Below, in pieces: positions 1 to 9,703 of a DNA stretch of 32,000 nt (position 1 is the stretch's first letter; each line of letters opens with the position of its first letter). The stretch lies in contig NC_013849.1 of the NCBI RefSeq assembly GCF_000025505.1, positions 960,001 through 992,000 on the forward strand, read 5' to 3'. Both the position numbers and the translations under genes were made by a program. The stretch is from Ferroglobus placidus DSM 10642. Its GTDB lineage: Archaea; Halobacteriota; Archaeoglobi; Archaeoglobales; Archaeoglobaceae. The notes under the pieces were generated by a model. It had not been told where the DNA came from. It was given only the letters and a program-made list of their open reading frames with translations, and did not search any database.

Positions 1-1
1 A

Positions 2-976
2 ATTGAACTTGAGGATAAAACCGGAATCGTCAACGTCCTTGCCAGCGGAAAAATAAAAGAGGAGGCTATGGAGTTAGTAGGGGACGAAGTCATAGGAGTT
101 TCCGGAACCATAAACGGAAACAGAATAATTGCCGATAGAATAATTTTCCCCGACGTTCCGATAAACAACGGGAGGAAGAAGAGGAGCTTCAGAATGGTTT
201 TCATCTCCGATATTCACTTCGGAAGTAAGACGTTCCTCAAAGAGGAGTGGGAGAGGTTCGTCAGCTGGATAAACTGCGAGAGCGGAAACGAAAAGCTTGT
301 AGAACTGGCTGAAGAGGTTAAATACGTCTTCGTCGCTGGAGATGTCGTTGACGGAGTTGGAATTTATCCGGAGCAGGAAAAGGAGCTTGAGATAGTCGAC
401 ATCTATCAGCAGTACGAAACTGCAGCAGAATACTTCGACATGATAAGAAAAGACGTTAAAATAATAGTTTCTCCCGGGAATCACGATGCTGTCAGACAGG
501 CTGAACCTCAGCCAGCTTTGCCTAAGGAGTTCTCGAGCCTGTTTTCCAACAACGTCGTTTGCGTTGGTAATCCGAGCATGATAGACGTCAGCGGAGTTAA
601 AGTTCTAATGTACCACGGAAGGAGCTTAGATGATTTAATATCGAAGATTAACAGACTCAACTACGCTAAGCCCCAAGAAGCTCTCTTCGAACTGCTGAAA
701 AGAAGACACCTCTCACCGATGTACGGGGAAAGAGTTCCGATAGCTCCGGAAAAAGAAGACTACCTCGTGATCGACGAAGTTCCGGACGTACTACACTCCG
801 GACACGTCCACACATACGGCACGGGCTTTTACCGCGGAATTTTCGTTGTTTGCTCATCCACCTGGCAGAGCCAAACTGAGTTCCAGAAAAAAGTGAATCT
901 GAATCCCATGCCAGGCATAGTTGCCGTATACCAGCCGGGAGGAGAAGTTGTGAGGCTGAGGTTCTACAGCGAATAA
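2..976 (+). CDS. polB: DNA polymerase D (PolII) small subunit DP1, C-terminal part; 5' end outside window
   Basis: Frame is open to the left window edge. Calcineurin-like phosphoesterase motifs of archaeal DP1: ISDIHFGS, FVAGDVVDGVG, VSPGNHDAVRQAEPQ, LHSGHVHTYGTG. Confidence 0.93.
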   Translation: MELEDKTGIVNVLASGKIKEEAMELVGDEVIGVSGTINGNRIIADRIIFPDVPINNGRKKRSFRMVFISDIHFGSKTFLKEEWERFVSWINCESGNEKLVELAEEVKYVFVAGDVVDGVGIYPEQEKELEIVDIYQQYETAAEYFDMIRKDVKIIVSPGNHDAVRQAEPQPALPKEFSSLFSNNVVCVGNPSMIDVSGVKVLMYHGRSLDDLISKINRLNYAKPQEALFELLKRRHLSPMYGERVPIAPEKEDYLVIDEVPDVLHSGHVHTYGTGFYRGIFVVCSSTWQSQTEFQKKVNLNPMPGIVAVYQPGGEVVRLRFYSE

Positions 977-1006
977 TTTTTATACACTTGAAGAAGAGTT
1001 CGAAAA

Positions 1007-1888
1007 ATGAGAGTAGCGCTCGCTTTAGCTTTAATCCTGCTCCTATCAGTTGCTAACGCCCAGAATCTTACGATAAACATTGTAAACTACGAAGGAGGAG
1101 TTGTGAGCGTTCAAATTTTTGGAGAGAACTTTTCAATCAACAAAACCTTCCAAAATTCATCCGTAACTTTCCCGGTAGAGCCGGGGAACTATCACGTGAT
1201 AACAATTTATAAGAATTTGAGCATCGTGAAAAACGTCAACGTAACTAACGACACAACGCTCTACCTTACTTTCGAAGAAACGAACGACGTTTCATCTTTA
1301 TTCTACTTGAACAGACACGTTATTGTAGGAAATGGAGAAGTGGTGGAGATTGACGTAATTTACAACCCAACCGAGAAGTTCTTCAGAGGAGACTTAGAAA
1401 AGATAATTCCGAAAGACGCGAAAAATCTCTCAATTCTGGAGTTTACTGGAAGACTCGAAGATTTTTCTGTGGAGGACAACAAGATCTTTTACAAGAGCGT
1501 TGTTATTCAGCCAAATTCGAGCATTAGAGCAGTTTACCACTACTTCTTCGACTCCAATGAAATGATTCTGAGTTCTGAACTTGAGACGAAACAGCTCGTT
1601 CTATTCTTACCTCCGGACGTAAACGCAATTTCAGAAGACCTGAGCTTTGCAGGAACTCACGCTCTCGGAAGCGCAACTTACAACATCTACACAGCTACCA
1701 ACCTCTCAAAAGGAAAAACCATAGAAGTGAAATTCGAGAGAGCTGAAGTTAAATCGGAAGAAAGAAAAAGCGGCTTTAATTTCTTCTTTGTTGTCGGAGC
1801 AGTTTTAATTCTCGCCGGAGTTGCTCTCTACGTCTACAGCAAAAAGAAGGAGGGCAAAGCTGAAGAGAAAGAAGAATGGAAAGTTTAG
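1007..1888 (+). CDS. Hypothetical surface-exposed membrane-anchored protein
   Basis: N-terminal signal peptide (MRVALALALILLLSVANA), many NxS/T sites, C-terminal TM helix (FNFFFVVGAVLILAGVALYVY) then a K/E-rich tail. Confidence 0.75.
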   Translation: MRVALALALILLLSVANAQNLTINIVNYEGGVVSVQIFGENFSINKTFQNSSVTFPVEPGNYHVITIYKNLSIVKNVNVTNDTTLYLTFEETNDVSSLFYLNRHVIVGNGEVVEIDVIYNPTEKFFRGDLEKIIPKDAKNLSILEFTGRLEDFSVEDNKIFYKSVVIQPNSSIRAVYHYFFDSNEMILSSELETKQLVLFLPPDVNAISEDLSFAGTHALGSATYNIYTATNLSKGKTIEVKFERAEVKSEERKSGFNFFFVVGAVLILAGVALYVYSKKKEGKAEEKEEWKV

Positions 1889-1915
1889 ATTTATAGCTTT
1901 TGGGTGATGTAGGAA

Positions 1916-2473
1916 ATGAGAGAAAGAGTTCCACCAGGGCAGAGAGTTGTTGATAAACTCCCCGTGCTGCATTACAGTGACATTCCGCATATCGACATAA
2001 AGGAGTGGCGGCTAAAGATTTACGGGCTTGTTTCGAAAGAGCTCTCTCTTACCTACGAAGAGCTCCTCAAACTCCCGCAGAAGGAGTTTAGATGCGACGT
2101 TCACTGCGTAACTGGATGGAGCAAGCTCGACACCTTTTGGGAAGGTTTTGAAGTCTCCGAAATTATAAAGCTTTCAAAGCCTCTCGAAAATGCCCACTTT
2201 GTGATGGTTCACTCGGCAGACGGCTACGCTACCAACCTCAGTTTAGAAGACTTTTCGAAGGGATTTTTCGCCATGAAAATGAGCGGAAAGCCTTTACCTC
2301 CCGAACACGGCTACCCGCTCCGCTTGGTTGTACCGCACCTCTACTTCTGGAAGAGTGCCAAGTGGGTAACGGCAGTTGAGTTCATAGCAGAAGAGAAGCC
2401 GGGATTCTGGGAGAGTAGAGGATACCACATCAGAGGAGATCCTTGGAAGGAGGAGAGATACAGCGAGATCTAA
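1916..2473 (+). CDS. Molybdopterin-dependent oxidoreductase, sulfite oxidase/YedY-like family, stand-alone domain
   Basis: RVPPGQ..LPVLHYSDIPHID..W.LKIYGLV N-terminus and the DVHCVTGWSKLDTFWEG motif with the Mo-ligand Cys. No Tat signal. Confidence 0.88.
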   Translation: MRERVPPGQRVVDKLPVLHYSDIPHIDIKEWRLKIYGLVSKELSLTYEELLKLPQKEFRCDVHCVTGWSKLDTFWEGFEVSEIIKLSKPLENAHFVMVHSADGYATNLSLEDFSKGFFAMKMSGKPLPPEHGYPLRLVVPHLYFWKSAKWVTAVEFIAEEKPGFWESRGYHIRGDPWKEERYSEI

Positions 2474-2487
2474 AATTTTAAAACAAT

Positions 2488-3144
2488 TTAAACGATCTCC
2501 GTTCCGACTTTTTCCCCTCTCAGCGCTTTCCTTAAATTTTCCACCGTTCCTTTGAATATTAACGTCGGTATTCTGCTCCTCTCAATCACTTTAGCCGCGA
2601 GCAAATCCACGACGCTCTTGCTTCCTGCCGATATTCTGCTTTTGTAAACGATTTCCACAAGCTTTTCTGGAGATAGCCTTTCGAAAAACTCAGCCTCCGG
2701 ATTCAGCTTTGGATCCTCGGAATACACTCCTTCGACATTTGTAGCTATCATAAGCTTTTCAGCATTGACGTACTCAGCTAACAAAGCTGCCGTTGCATCC
2801 GTCGTATGTCCGGGAAAAGTTCCCCCCATGACGACCGCATCGTAGTTCTTCAATAGAACCTCAACCTCGCGGAAGTCTTTCGGAATGACCTTCGGAGCTT
2901 TTTTAATCGCCTGAGCGAGAAGTAAAGCGTTTATTCTCGTTACTTCTATTCCCAAGTAATCGCAAAGAGCTTCGCTTCCTCCCAAATTTCTAAGAGCATC
3001 GATATATTTTCTCGCAAGCTCACCCCCTCCGACGACGACAGCAACTTTTTCCGAGTGCTCATCAAACACTCTACCGTATTCAGCTATCTTCTCAGCTTTT
3101 ATATCAGAAAAGAGCACCGATCCTCCAATCGAAACCACGATCAT
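2488..3144 (-). CDS. pyrH: Uridylate kinase, archaeal type; start placed at MIVVSIGGSVL rather than the upstream M of the 3219 ORF
   Basis: MIVVSIGGSVL, VVVGGGELARKYI, GGTFPGHTTDATAALLAE, ATNVEGVYSEDP. Confidence 0.93.
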   Translation of the reverse strand: MIVVSIGGSVLFSDIKAEKIAEYGRVFDEHSEKVAVVVGGGELARKYIDALRNLGGSEALCDYLGIEVTRINALLLAQAIKKAPKVIPKDFREVEVLLKNYDAVVMGGTFPGHTTDATAALLAEYVNAEKLMIATNVEGVYSEDPKLNPEAEFFERLSPEKLVEIVYKSRISAGSKSVVDLLAAKVIERSRIPTLIFKGTVENLRKALRGEKVGTEIV

Positions 3145-3277
3145 CATACGTAGTTGTGGGAATAGGTTAAATTTTTTCCGCATTATATTTGGATTTGTTA
3201 ACTCCTTTTCTATTTTCAAATTTTGTAAATGGCAAAATATTTATATTCGATTTACTATACTGTAATCGGTGGATATT

Positions 3278-3640
3278 ATGGAGTTCACCGAAAAAGATGA
3301 AAGGTTGGTTGAACTCCTCACTGAAGCTGGATTGAATAAAAACATAGCAAAAGTACTCGTTTATCTGTCCAAAGTTGGGGAGACTGTTTCGAGGGACATA
3401 GAAAGGGCAGCCAACTTAAGGCAGCCGGAAGTCAGCATAGCGATGAAAGAGCTAAAAGAGATGGGGTGGGTTAAAGATAGGGAGATAAAGAAGAAGGGCA
3501 AGGGAAGACCGCTGAAAAGCTACAAGTTAACACTCGATTTGAAGGACATAGTTGCCGAGCTCGTAAGGAAGAAGAGGGAAGAGATACAAAAACTTGAAAA
3601 GGACTTAGAGGAACTTGAAAAGCTCGTAGGGTTGAAATGA
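3278..3640 (+). CDS. Winged-helix transcriptional regulator (TrmB/GntR-like predicted regulator)
   Basis: HTH pattern LSKVGETVSRDIERAANLRQPEVSIAMKELKEMGWV followed by a C-terminal coiled coil. ATG at 3278 has SD-like ggtgga upstream. Confidence 0.8.
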   Translation: MEFTEKDERLVELLTEAGLNKNIAKVLVYLSKVGETVSRDIERAANLRQPEVSIAMKELKEMGWVKDREIKKKGKGRPLKSYKLTLDLKDIVAELVRKKREEIQKLEKDLEELEKLVGLK

Positions 3641-4344
3641 TCGCAGAGAAAGAAGTGGGTAACAAAAAGGTCTGGTTGAGCGTAGAAGAGGCTCTGATTA
3701 TCTGCCACGGCTTACCCTACGAGCCGGGGTCTGTTGTGGATAAAAGTTACTTGGACGTAGCCAAGTTTTTCTCTTCAAGAGGTTTTCCCTCGGTCATTTT
3801 CGATTTTACCGGAACTGGAAAAAGCAAAGGTTCTTTTAGTCTGATAAAATGGCTCGAAGACCTTGAAGAAATTGCCGAGAACTTTGAAAAAGTTTCCGTA
3901 CTGGGTTTCAGCATGGGAGGTGCTGTGGCATTAAATTTCGAGAAAGCCGAGAAAATAGTGGCTGTAGCCTCTCCTTGCTCTGCGGAAATGTTTAGCGAAG
4001 AGGGATTAGAGAGAATTTACGCTAACGCAAGACTGAAATCCACTCTGAAAGGGTTAAAGGATTTTGAAAGTTTTAAAAAGCAGTTTCTCGAAGAGTTTTA
4101 CTCAATAGAACCGATAAAATCCGTTGAAAATCTTAAATGCCCTCTCATGTTAGTCCACGGAACTAAAGACGACGTTGTTCCGTTCTACTGCTCAGAAGAG
4201 CTTTACAGAAGAGCGAGGGGGAAGAAGAAGTTCCTGATAGTAAAAAACGGTGATCACTTTTTGAGGAGAGAGGAGAGAGTTCTCGAAAAGATTGCCGAGT
4301 GGTTAAAAAAAGTGGATGAGGGTGTCGAAGAATTAACCCTTTGA
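3637..4344 (+). CDS. Alpha/beta hydrolase
   Basis: Nucleophile elbow GFSMGG, acid [13 protein letters not shown], terminal His in NGDHFL. Overlaps the end of the regulator ORF (coupled). Confidence 0.85.
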   Translation: MIAEKEVGNKKVWLSVEEALIICHGLPYEPGSVVDKSYLDVAKFFSSRGFPSVIFDFTGTGKSKGSFSLIKWLEDLEEIAENFEKVSVLGFSMGGAVALNFEKAEKIVAVASPCSAEMFSEEGLERIYANARLKSTLKGLKDFESFKKQFLEEFYSIEPIKSVENLKCPLMLVHGTKDDVVPFYCSEELYRRARGKKKFLIVKNGDHFLRREERVLEKIAEWLKKVDEGVEELTL

Positions 4345-4989
4345 AATTTTTTGCAGAATGCTATCAATTTCGTTGAAAACCTCTTCTATGCTTTTCGTCC
4401 CGTCAACTTCGTAAAGAACTCCCGTCCTTCTGTAGTACTCTTTCAGCGGTTCTGTCTGCTCCTTGTAAACTCTGTACCTCTCCCTAACGACCTCCTCTTT
4501 GTCGTCATCTCTCTGATAAAGCTCTCCTCCGCACTTGTCGCATTTTCCGTCAACCTTCGGTGGGTTGTAGATTAAATTATAGACCGCTCCGCACTGCTTG
4601 CATATCCTTCTGTAAACTATCCTCTTGACGATCTCCTCTTCGGGAACCTCGATGCTTATAACAGCGTCAATCTTCCTTCCCATTTCGTCGAGCATCTCAT
4701 CCAAAGCCTCCGCTTGCCTTACAGTTCGAGGAAATCCGTCGAGGATAAAGCCTTTCTCGCAATCCGGTTGAGACAGCCTTTCCCTAACGATTCCGATAAC
4801 AACTTCATCCGGAACGAGCTCTCCTCTGTCCATGTACTCCTTAGCCTTTCTACCAAGCTCGGTGCCCTTAGCAACAGCCTCTCTGAGAATGTCTCCAGTA
4901 GAGATCTGAGGAATTCCGTACTTTTCAACAATCATTTTCGCCTGAGTGCCTTTTCCAGCTCCCGGAGGTCCGAGAAGTATCAAGTTCAT
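4333..4989 (-). CDS. adk: Adenylate kinase, long form with Cys4 zinc LID
   Basis: [37 protein letters not shown]...CDKCGG LID. Confidence 0.96.
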   Translation of the reverse strand: MNLILLGPPGAGKGTQAKMIVEKYGIPQISTGDILREAVAKGTELGRKAKEYMDRGELVPDEVVIGIVRERLSQPDCEKGFILDGFPRTVRQAEALDEMLDEMGRKIDAVISIEVPEEEIVKRIVYRRICKQCGAVYNLIYNPPKVDGKCDKCGGELYQRDDDKEEVVRERYRVYKEQTEPLKEYYRRTGVLYEVDGTKSIEEVFNEIDSILQKISKG

Positions 4990-5012
4990 GGAGGGAGAAG
5001 GAAAAGAAACAA

Positions 5013-5546
5013 TTAAACTTTTTGATTTTTTAACATCTTAAACGCTTTTCTTATTACCTTCCTTATTTCACCCCTCTTCCTCCACCCTCCGAGTTTCTTG
5101 GCAACCTTCCTTATGCTACCGTACTTTTTATAGAGGAGAAGTATTTCCCGCTCTCTATCGCTCAATTCAAGCTTTTCAAGCGCTTCATCAACTATTTTAT
5201 CTATGTCGTATCCTTCGTAATAATATTCGTGGGGCTCGATTTCCTTTTCAAAAGGTTCGAATTCGAACTTTATGAAGTAAAGCTCGTCTCCTTCGTAATA
5301 ATTCCTCACTTCCTTCAGAAAGTCCTCCAGGGAATTAAAGCCTTCCATTTTCGCATCTTCTTCCGTGAACTCATCTATTTTCTTCTTTTCCACGCTCAGG
5401 ATTTTAGCAACACCTATTATTTTTCCTCCGCAGTGGACTAAAGCTCTATCCCCAGCTTTTAAGTTCGTCCAGCTTCTAACTGTGGCTTTTTTCTTCCCGG
5501 AAAGCAGAAGCTCCTTGTACTTTTCTTTAAACTCAAGATGCTTCAT
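5013..5546 (-). CDS. ASCH-domain protein with C-terminal HTH (sigma-70 region 4-like) domain
   Basis: N-terminal [18 protein letters not shown]...[21 protein letters not shown] (ASCH). C-terminal [38 protein letters not shown]. Start likely MKHLEF. Confidence 0.78.
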   Translation of the reverse strand: MKHLEFKEKYKELLLSGKKKATVRSWTNLKAGDRALVHCGGKIIGVAKILSVEKKKIDEFTEEDAKMEGFNSLEDFLKEVRNYYEGDELYFIKFEFEPFEKEIEPHEYYYEGYDIDKIVDEALEKLELSDREREILLLYKKYGSIRKVAKKLGGWRKRGEIRKVIRKAFKMLKNQKV

Positions 5547-6681
5547 CCGCGAGGAAGATTCCATCCTTGTCCCTCACGATTTTGAATTTAACTGCCTCTC
5601 CAACATTTTTGTTAGTTAAAACAGTCACGACTCTCCCTCTAACCACAGCTATCTTCTCTCCTTCACTCCTTCCTTCGCAAATTATCCTTCCTCTAAACAC
5701 ATCTCCCCTTTTTATCGGTGAAGGGTACCTCGCTCTCTTTTCTATTCCAAAGTCCTTCGGAGAAAGAACGAGTTTTACTCCGTACTCCTCCTCCATTTTC
5801 CTCAGCCTTTCGTAGAATTCCCTGAAGCTCATAACGTTTTTCAGTTTCCTTCCCCCCTTATAGGGTATGTACTTCTGAATCCCAAGGGGAGGACACTTCT
5901 TGCCGGCTCCGATTTCGAGAGCGAACTCTATAATCTTCGGAATTTCCTCGTCATTTATTCCCGGAAGCCATACCGGAGCAATCAGCAGATCTATCTTGCT
6001 GTTCGCAATTGCTTCAACTGCTTCGAGAACTTTTTTCAGAGGATACTTCGTTCCGTATATTTTGTTGGCAAGCTCTTGATCGAGGGCACTTATGCTCACG
6101 TTGAATCTATCCAGAATCCCCTCAAACTCCTCCACAACCTTTTCGCTTATTAACGTTCCGTTCGTTTGCATGGAAACCACTGAAACCTCCTTAATCTCCG
6201 CAACTCCCTCAAGGAATTGCTTCATGTAAGGATAGAGCATCGGCTCAGCCTGTCCGTCGATGTGCACCTCAACTCCTCTTCCTTTGAACTCGCAAATTTT
6301 CCTGAGTTCTTCAAGCAGGTAGTCCGGATCGACTATGAAGTCCGTTTTCTTGGTTTTGCTGCTTCTACCTTCGTCAACGCTGCAGAATATGCAGTTGAGG
6401 TTGCAACCCGTTATCGGACGAACCTGAAGTAAGTTGGTACCTCTGTCTATTATTCCAAAAGCCGCGTGCCCGAGCAAAGGAATTCCGCTCTCCTTGCTTA
6501 CGTAAACGAGGGGTCGTTTCGTTGTGTGGTGAAGAACTTTCTTCTCTTCACTGAAGGATATGAGATACTCCTTCGGGTACTTCTTAGCAAGCTTTTCGTA
6601 CCTACTTTTGTCAAACCTTACCTCGATTATTCTCCTTATCAGGAATACCTTTTCCCCGTTAACCTCGTACTCAGTTATCAT
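5533..6681 (-). CDS. Radical SAM protein with C-terminal small beta-barrel (TRAM/OB-like) domain
   Basis: CxxxCxxC in ITGCNLNCIFCSVDEG, downstream radical SAM barrel signatures, C-terminal RGDVFRGRIICEGRSEGEKIAVVRGRVVTV. Confidence 0.87.
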   Translation of the reverse strand: MITEYEVNGEKVFLIRRIIEVRFDKSRYEKLAKKYPKEYLISFSEEKKVLHHTTKRPLVYVSKESGIPLLGHAAFGIIDRGTNLLQVRPITGCNLNCIFCSVDEGRSSKTKKTDFIVDPDYLLEELRKICEFKGRGVEVHIDGQAEPMLYPYMKQFLEGVAEIKEVSVVSMQTNGTLISEKVVEEFEGILDRFNVSISALDQELANKIYGTKYPLKKVLEAVEAIANSKIDLLIAPVWLPGINDEEIPKIIEFALEIGAGKKCPPLGIQKYIPYKGGRKLKNVMSFREFYERLRKMEEEYGVKLVLSPKDFGIEKRARYPSPIKRGDVFRGRIICEGRSEGEKIAVVRGRVVTVLTNKNVGEAVKFKIVRDKDGIFLADEAS

Positions 6682-6881
6682 AGCCTCTTTAGCTCAATCA
6701 GATACTTTTTACCTTCTTCGGTTATCGAAAAAACATCTCCCTCAGCTTTTACGAGCTTTTTCTCTTCGAGTGCTCTTAAAACGCTCCTGAGTATCACTTC
6801 CGGAATCCTCATGTTTTTAGACATGTCCTCTATTTTTGACTTTTCGTGCATCAGATACTCGAGAACTCTAATTTCGTGACT
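6678..6881 (-). CDS. Small winged-helix DNA-binding protein
   Basis: MSHEIRVLEYLMHEKSKIEDMSKNMRIPEVILRSVLRALEEKKLVK, with TATA-like element (reverse of tataaaaa, 6906..6913) upstream. Start at 6881 rather than 6923. Confidence 0.65.
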   Translation of the reverse strand, partial: SHEIRVLEYLMHEKSKIEDMSKNMRIPEVILRSVLRALEEKKLVKAEGDVFSITEEGKKYLIELKRL

Positions 6882-6926
6882 CATAAGTTTAATAGTTTTC
6901 GCTTGTATAAAAACGTTGAGCACAGG

Positions 6927-6935
6927 TTTTATATA
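6927..6935 (+). promoter_or_regulatory. Candidate TATA box for the small ORF-hisA-hisB operon
   Basis: ttttatata about 26-30 nt upstream of the ATG at 6962, fitting a nearly leaderless transcript. Confidence 0.5.
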
Positions 6936-6961
6936 CTCTTTAATTCAAAATTCATGAAGTT

Positions 6962-7078
6962 ATGGCGAGGAGGAGCGAGATAGAAGAGCTCTCGGACATT
7001 AAGCCAGTGAGCGATGAAGAATTTGAAGAACTGCTCGACAGCATGAAAGATAGGAGGAGAAGGAAGAAGAGGAGGTAA
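6962..7078 (+). CDS. Unannotated 38-aa ORF directly upstream of hisA: MARRSEIEELSDIKPVSDEEFEELLDSMKDRRRRKKRR
   Basis: Read directly from sequence. Stop TAA (7076..7078) is immediately followed by the hisA ATG, and the hisA SD (ggaggt) lies in its last codons. Confidence 0.55.
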   Translation: MARRSEIEELSDIKPVSDEEFEELLDSMKDRRRRKKRR

Positions 7079-7792
7079 ATGTTCCGAATTTACCCGGCAG
7101 TAGATATAAAAGACGGGAGATGCGTCCAGCTTCAGCAAGGTGATCCGAGAAAAGTTCTTTTTTCTGTTGACGACCCGGTAAAAGTTGCTAAATTTTGGGT
7201 TGAGAAGGGAGCGAAAGCTTTACACGTGATCGATCTGGATGGAGCTTTTGAAGGTAAGTTAAGGAATGAGGAGATTATTCTCAAAATAGCCAAAATGACG
7301 GAAATTCAGGTTGGAGGGGGAATTAGAAGCGTAGATATTGCGGAAAGACTTCTAAACAAAGGCGTTAGCAGAGTTATTGTCGGTACTCTCGCATTAAAAG
7401 AGCCAGAAGCCGTTAGAAAGCTCGCGAAAAAGTATCCGGGGAGAGTGATTATTTCCATAGACGCGAAAGATGGTAAAGTGGTTTTTAACGGCTGGAGAAA
7501 GAAGACGGATTTTTCCCCGATTGAATTTGCAAAGCTTTTCGACGATCTCGAAGTTTCCTTCCTGCTTACAGACGTTAACGTCGAAGGATTGATGAAAGGG
7601 ATAAGGAGGGAATTTATAAAGGAAGTCGTGGCTTCGCTCGAAAACGATGTGATAGTCTCTGGTGGAGTTAGCAATTACGAGGACGCAAAGCTAATAAAGG
7701 AATTGGGAGCAAGTGGGGTTGTCGTCGGCTCAGCATTGTACCTCGGCAGGGTTAAACTTGAAGAACTCCTAAAGCTGGAGGAGGAACAATGA
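7079..7792 (+). CDS. hisA: Phosphoribosylformimino-5-aminoimidazole carboxamide ribotide isomerase
   Basis: YPAVDIKDGRCVQL.QGD, VIDLDGAFEG, QVGGGIRS, VIVSGGVSN, GVVVGSALYLG. Confidence 0.96.
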   Translation: MFRIYPAVDIKDGRCVQLQQGDPRKVLFSVDDPVKVAKFWVEKGAKALHVIDLDGAFEGKLRNEEIILKIAKMTEIQVGGGIRSVDIAERLLNKGVSRVIVGTLALKEPEAVRKLAKKYPGRVIISIDAKDGKVVFNGWRKKTDFSPIEFAKLFDDLEVSFLLTDVNVEGLMKGIRREFIKEVVASLENDVIVSGGVSNYEDAKLIKELGASGVVVGSALYLGRVKLEELLKLEEEQ

Positions 7793-8349
7793 AAGCGAAA
7801 GTTAGTAGGGAAACGAAGGAAACGAAGGTAGAAGTTTACGTCGACTTTTCCGGTGAAAATTACGAGATTTCCACGGGAATTCCTTTCCTCGATCACATGC
7901 TCGAAAACTTTGCGAAGCACGCTGAGATCGAGCTCGTTGTTAAAGCAAAAGGAGATTTAGAAGTTGACGAGCACCACACGATTGAAGATGTAGCAATAAC
8001 TCTCGGAAAAGCTTTCAGAGAAGCTCTCGGAAGCAGGGAAGGTTTGAAAAGATTCGGCTACGCCATAGTCCCCATGGACGAAAGCGTGGCAATCTGCGGG
8101 ATCGATTTGAGCGGGAGAGGAGTGTTCGTTTTGAACGGGGAGTTCGGCGATGCAGGAATTAGAGGGGAAAACGTTATTCACTTCTTCGACACCTTCTGCA
8201 GAAATTCGGGGATAAACGTGTTCCTCGAAGTTAGAGGAGTTAATTCCCACCACAAAATAGAGGCTTCTTTTAAAGCTTTAGCCCTCTCGATAAAAATGGC
8301 AACCGAAAAGGGAAAAGGTTTGAAGAGCACTAAGGGTGTCCTCGACTGA
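7789..8349 (+). CDS. hisB: Imidazoleglycerol-phosphate dehydratase
   Basis: TKETKVEV, STGIPFLDHMLENFAKH, DEHHTIEDVAI.LG.A, GRGVFVL, NSHHKIEASFKALA. Confidence 0.96.
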   Translation: MKAKVSRETKETKVEVYVDFSGENYEISTGIPFLDHMLENFAKHAEIELVVKAKGDLEVDEHHTIEDVAITLGKAFREALGSREGLKRFGYAIVPMDESVAICGIDLSGRGVFVLNGEFGDAGIRGENVIHFFDTFCRNSGINVFLEVRGVNSHHKIEASFKALALSIKMATEKGKGLKSTKGVLD

Positions 8350-9061
8350 GAAGGTACATCACAAATATCCCTACGACGAAGAAAAGAAAGCTTGCAGCAG
8401 ATCTTTTAAATTCCGCCACTTTGTGAAGTTCGGGAATTAAGTCGCTGCTCGCCACGTAAGTGAAGTTGCCGGCTGCAAAGGCGAGGAGGTAACTCGTTAC
8501 GTCGTGCTCTTTTAACAGGAAAAATCCAAAAATCGCACCAAAAACTGCAGTTAGAGCCGTGAGAAAGTTAAAAAGAAGGGCTTTTTTCTTGCTAAAACCG
8601 CCGAAAACGAGGACTGAAAAGTCTCCGAGCTCTTGGGGGAGCTCGTGAGAAGCTACGGCGAAAGTGGAGATTAAGCCGAGTTTAAAATCGACAAGGTAAG
8701 ATGCGGCTATTACAATTCCGTCGACGAAGTTGTGAACGCTATCGCCTATCAGAGCGAGGTAAGTTACCGGATGCACCTCGCAATCATCCTCGTGACAGTG
8801 CCTCCACCTCAGAATTCTTTCGAGAAGGTAGAAAGACGAAAATCCGAGAATGAAGACGAGCATGGCTGCTTTAGCTTCAACGTGTTCCACAGCTTCGGGA
8901 ATTAAGTGTAAAAATGATGCACCGATAAGAATACCAGTTGCGAAGCTGACCATGAAAAAGATTATCTTTCTGAAAAGCTCATCGTTCATCGCTATCGTGA
9001 AAATGCCAACGAGAGAGAGAAGACTTATAGCGAAAGTGCTTAAAAGGATGTACTCCAGCAT
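8330..9061 (-). CDS. ZIP family metal cation transporter
   Basis: GASFLHLIPEA, GDSVHNFVDGIVIAAS, VASHELPQELGDFSVLV motifs. Multiple TM segments. Confidence 0.93.
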   Translation of the reverse strand: MLEYILLSTFAISLLSLVGIFTIAMNDELFRKIIFFMVSFATGILIGASFLHLIPEAVEHVEAKAAMLVFILGFSSFYLLERILRWRHCHEDDCEVHPVTYLALIGDSVHNFVDGIVIAASYLVDFKLGLISTFAVASHELPQELGDFSVLVFGGFSKKKALLFNFLTALTAVFGAIFGFFLLKEHDVTSYLLAFAAGNFTYVASSDLIPELHKVAEFKRSAASFLFFVVGIFVMYLLSRGHP

Positions 9062-9266
9062 GTCTTCACAAAAATTTCATCGTGAATAAAAACCTCTCGA
9101 TTCAAGCCCCTTTATGACTTAGATACGCTGAAATCGCAAAAAGAACAGGAAGTCTCGATTACCAAAGAGTTCCTCAGTCACCTCCACAATTATTTTCATA
9201 ACTCCATTCAATCGAACATTACACTCAAAAGAGATTTATACCCAAAGCTCAAATTGACATACGACT

Positions 9267-9339
9267 GGCCCGGATGGGGTAGTGGTTATCCTCTGGGACT
9301 GTGGATCCCAGGAGCCGGGTTCGAATCCCGGTCCGGGCC
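9267..9339 (+). tRNA. tRNA-His (anticodon GTG)
   Basis: G-1 at 9267 opposite C73 at 9339; acceptor gcccgga/tccgggc; anticodon arm TGGGA-CTGTGGA-TCCCA; T arm CCGGG-TTCGAAT-CCCGG. Confidence 0.95.
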
Positions 9340-9703
9340 CTAATAAGGTTGTCCGAAGCACGGAAACAAACTTTGACACCTTAAATAACTCTTTTTCCAA
9401 TTAATTCGTGTTGGGTTTGGTTGGGAGGGTTGTTTTAAATAGCAGAGAAAACAAACAAATCAGAGAAAAAATTCGGGGATAATTTGTTAACATTCCAGAG
9501 ATTACTAAGCAAAGGAGGCCAGCGAATGTCCTAGCTTTCGTCTTTTTTGTTGAAGTATTGAGGAGGATATCAAAATAGAAGTAAAGAAGAAGAATGGAAG
9601 AAATGTTGAATCTGAAATTGTTAAGAAGAAAGCCGTAGAGGTGATAACATGAGAGATTCTCATTTCTAAGAGATTGTGTCATGCTTGCAGTAGAGATGAA
9701 TAA

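Noticed and set aside
9120-9220. 26-aa reverse frame MKIIVEVTEELFGNRDFLFFLRFQRI upstream of the ZIP gene
   Set aside because: Too short, with no conservation evidence; it could occur by chance.
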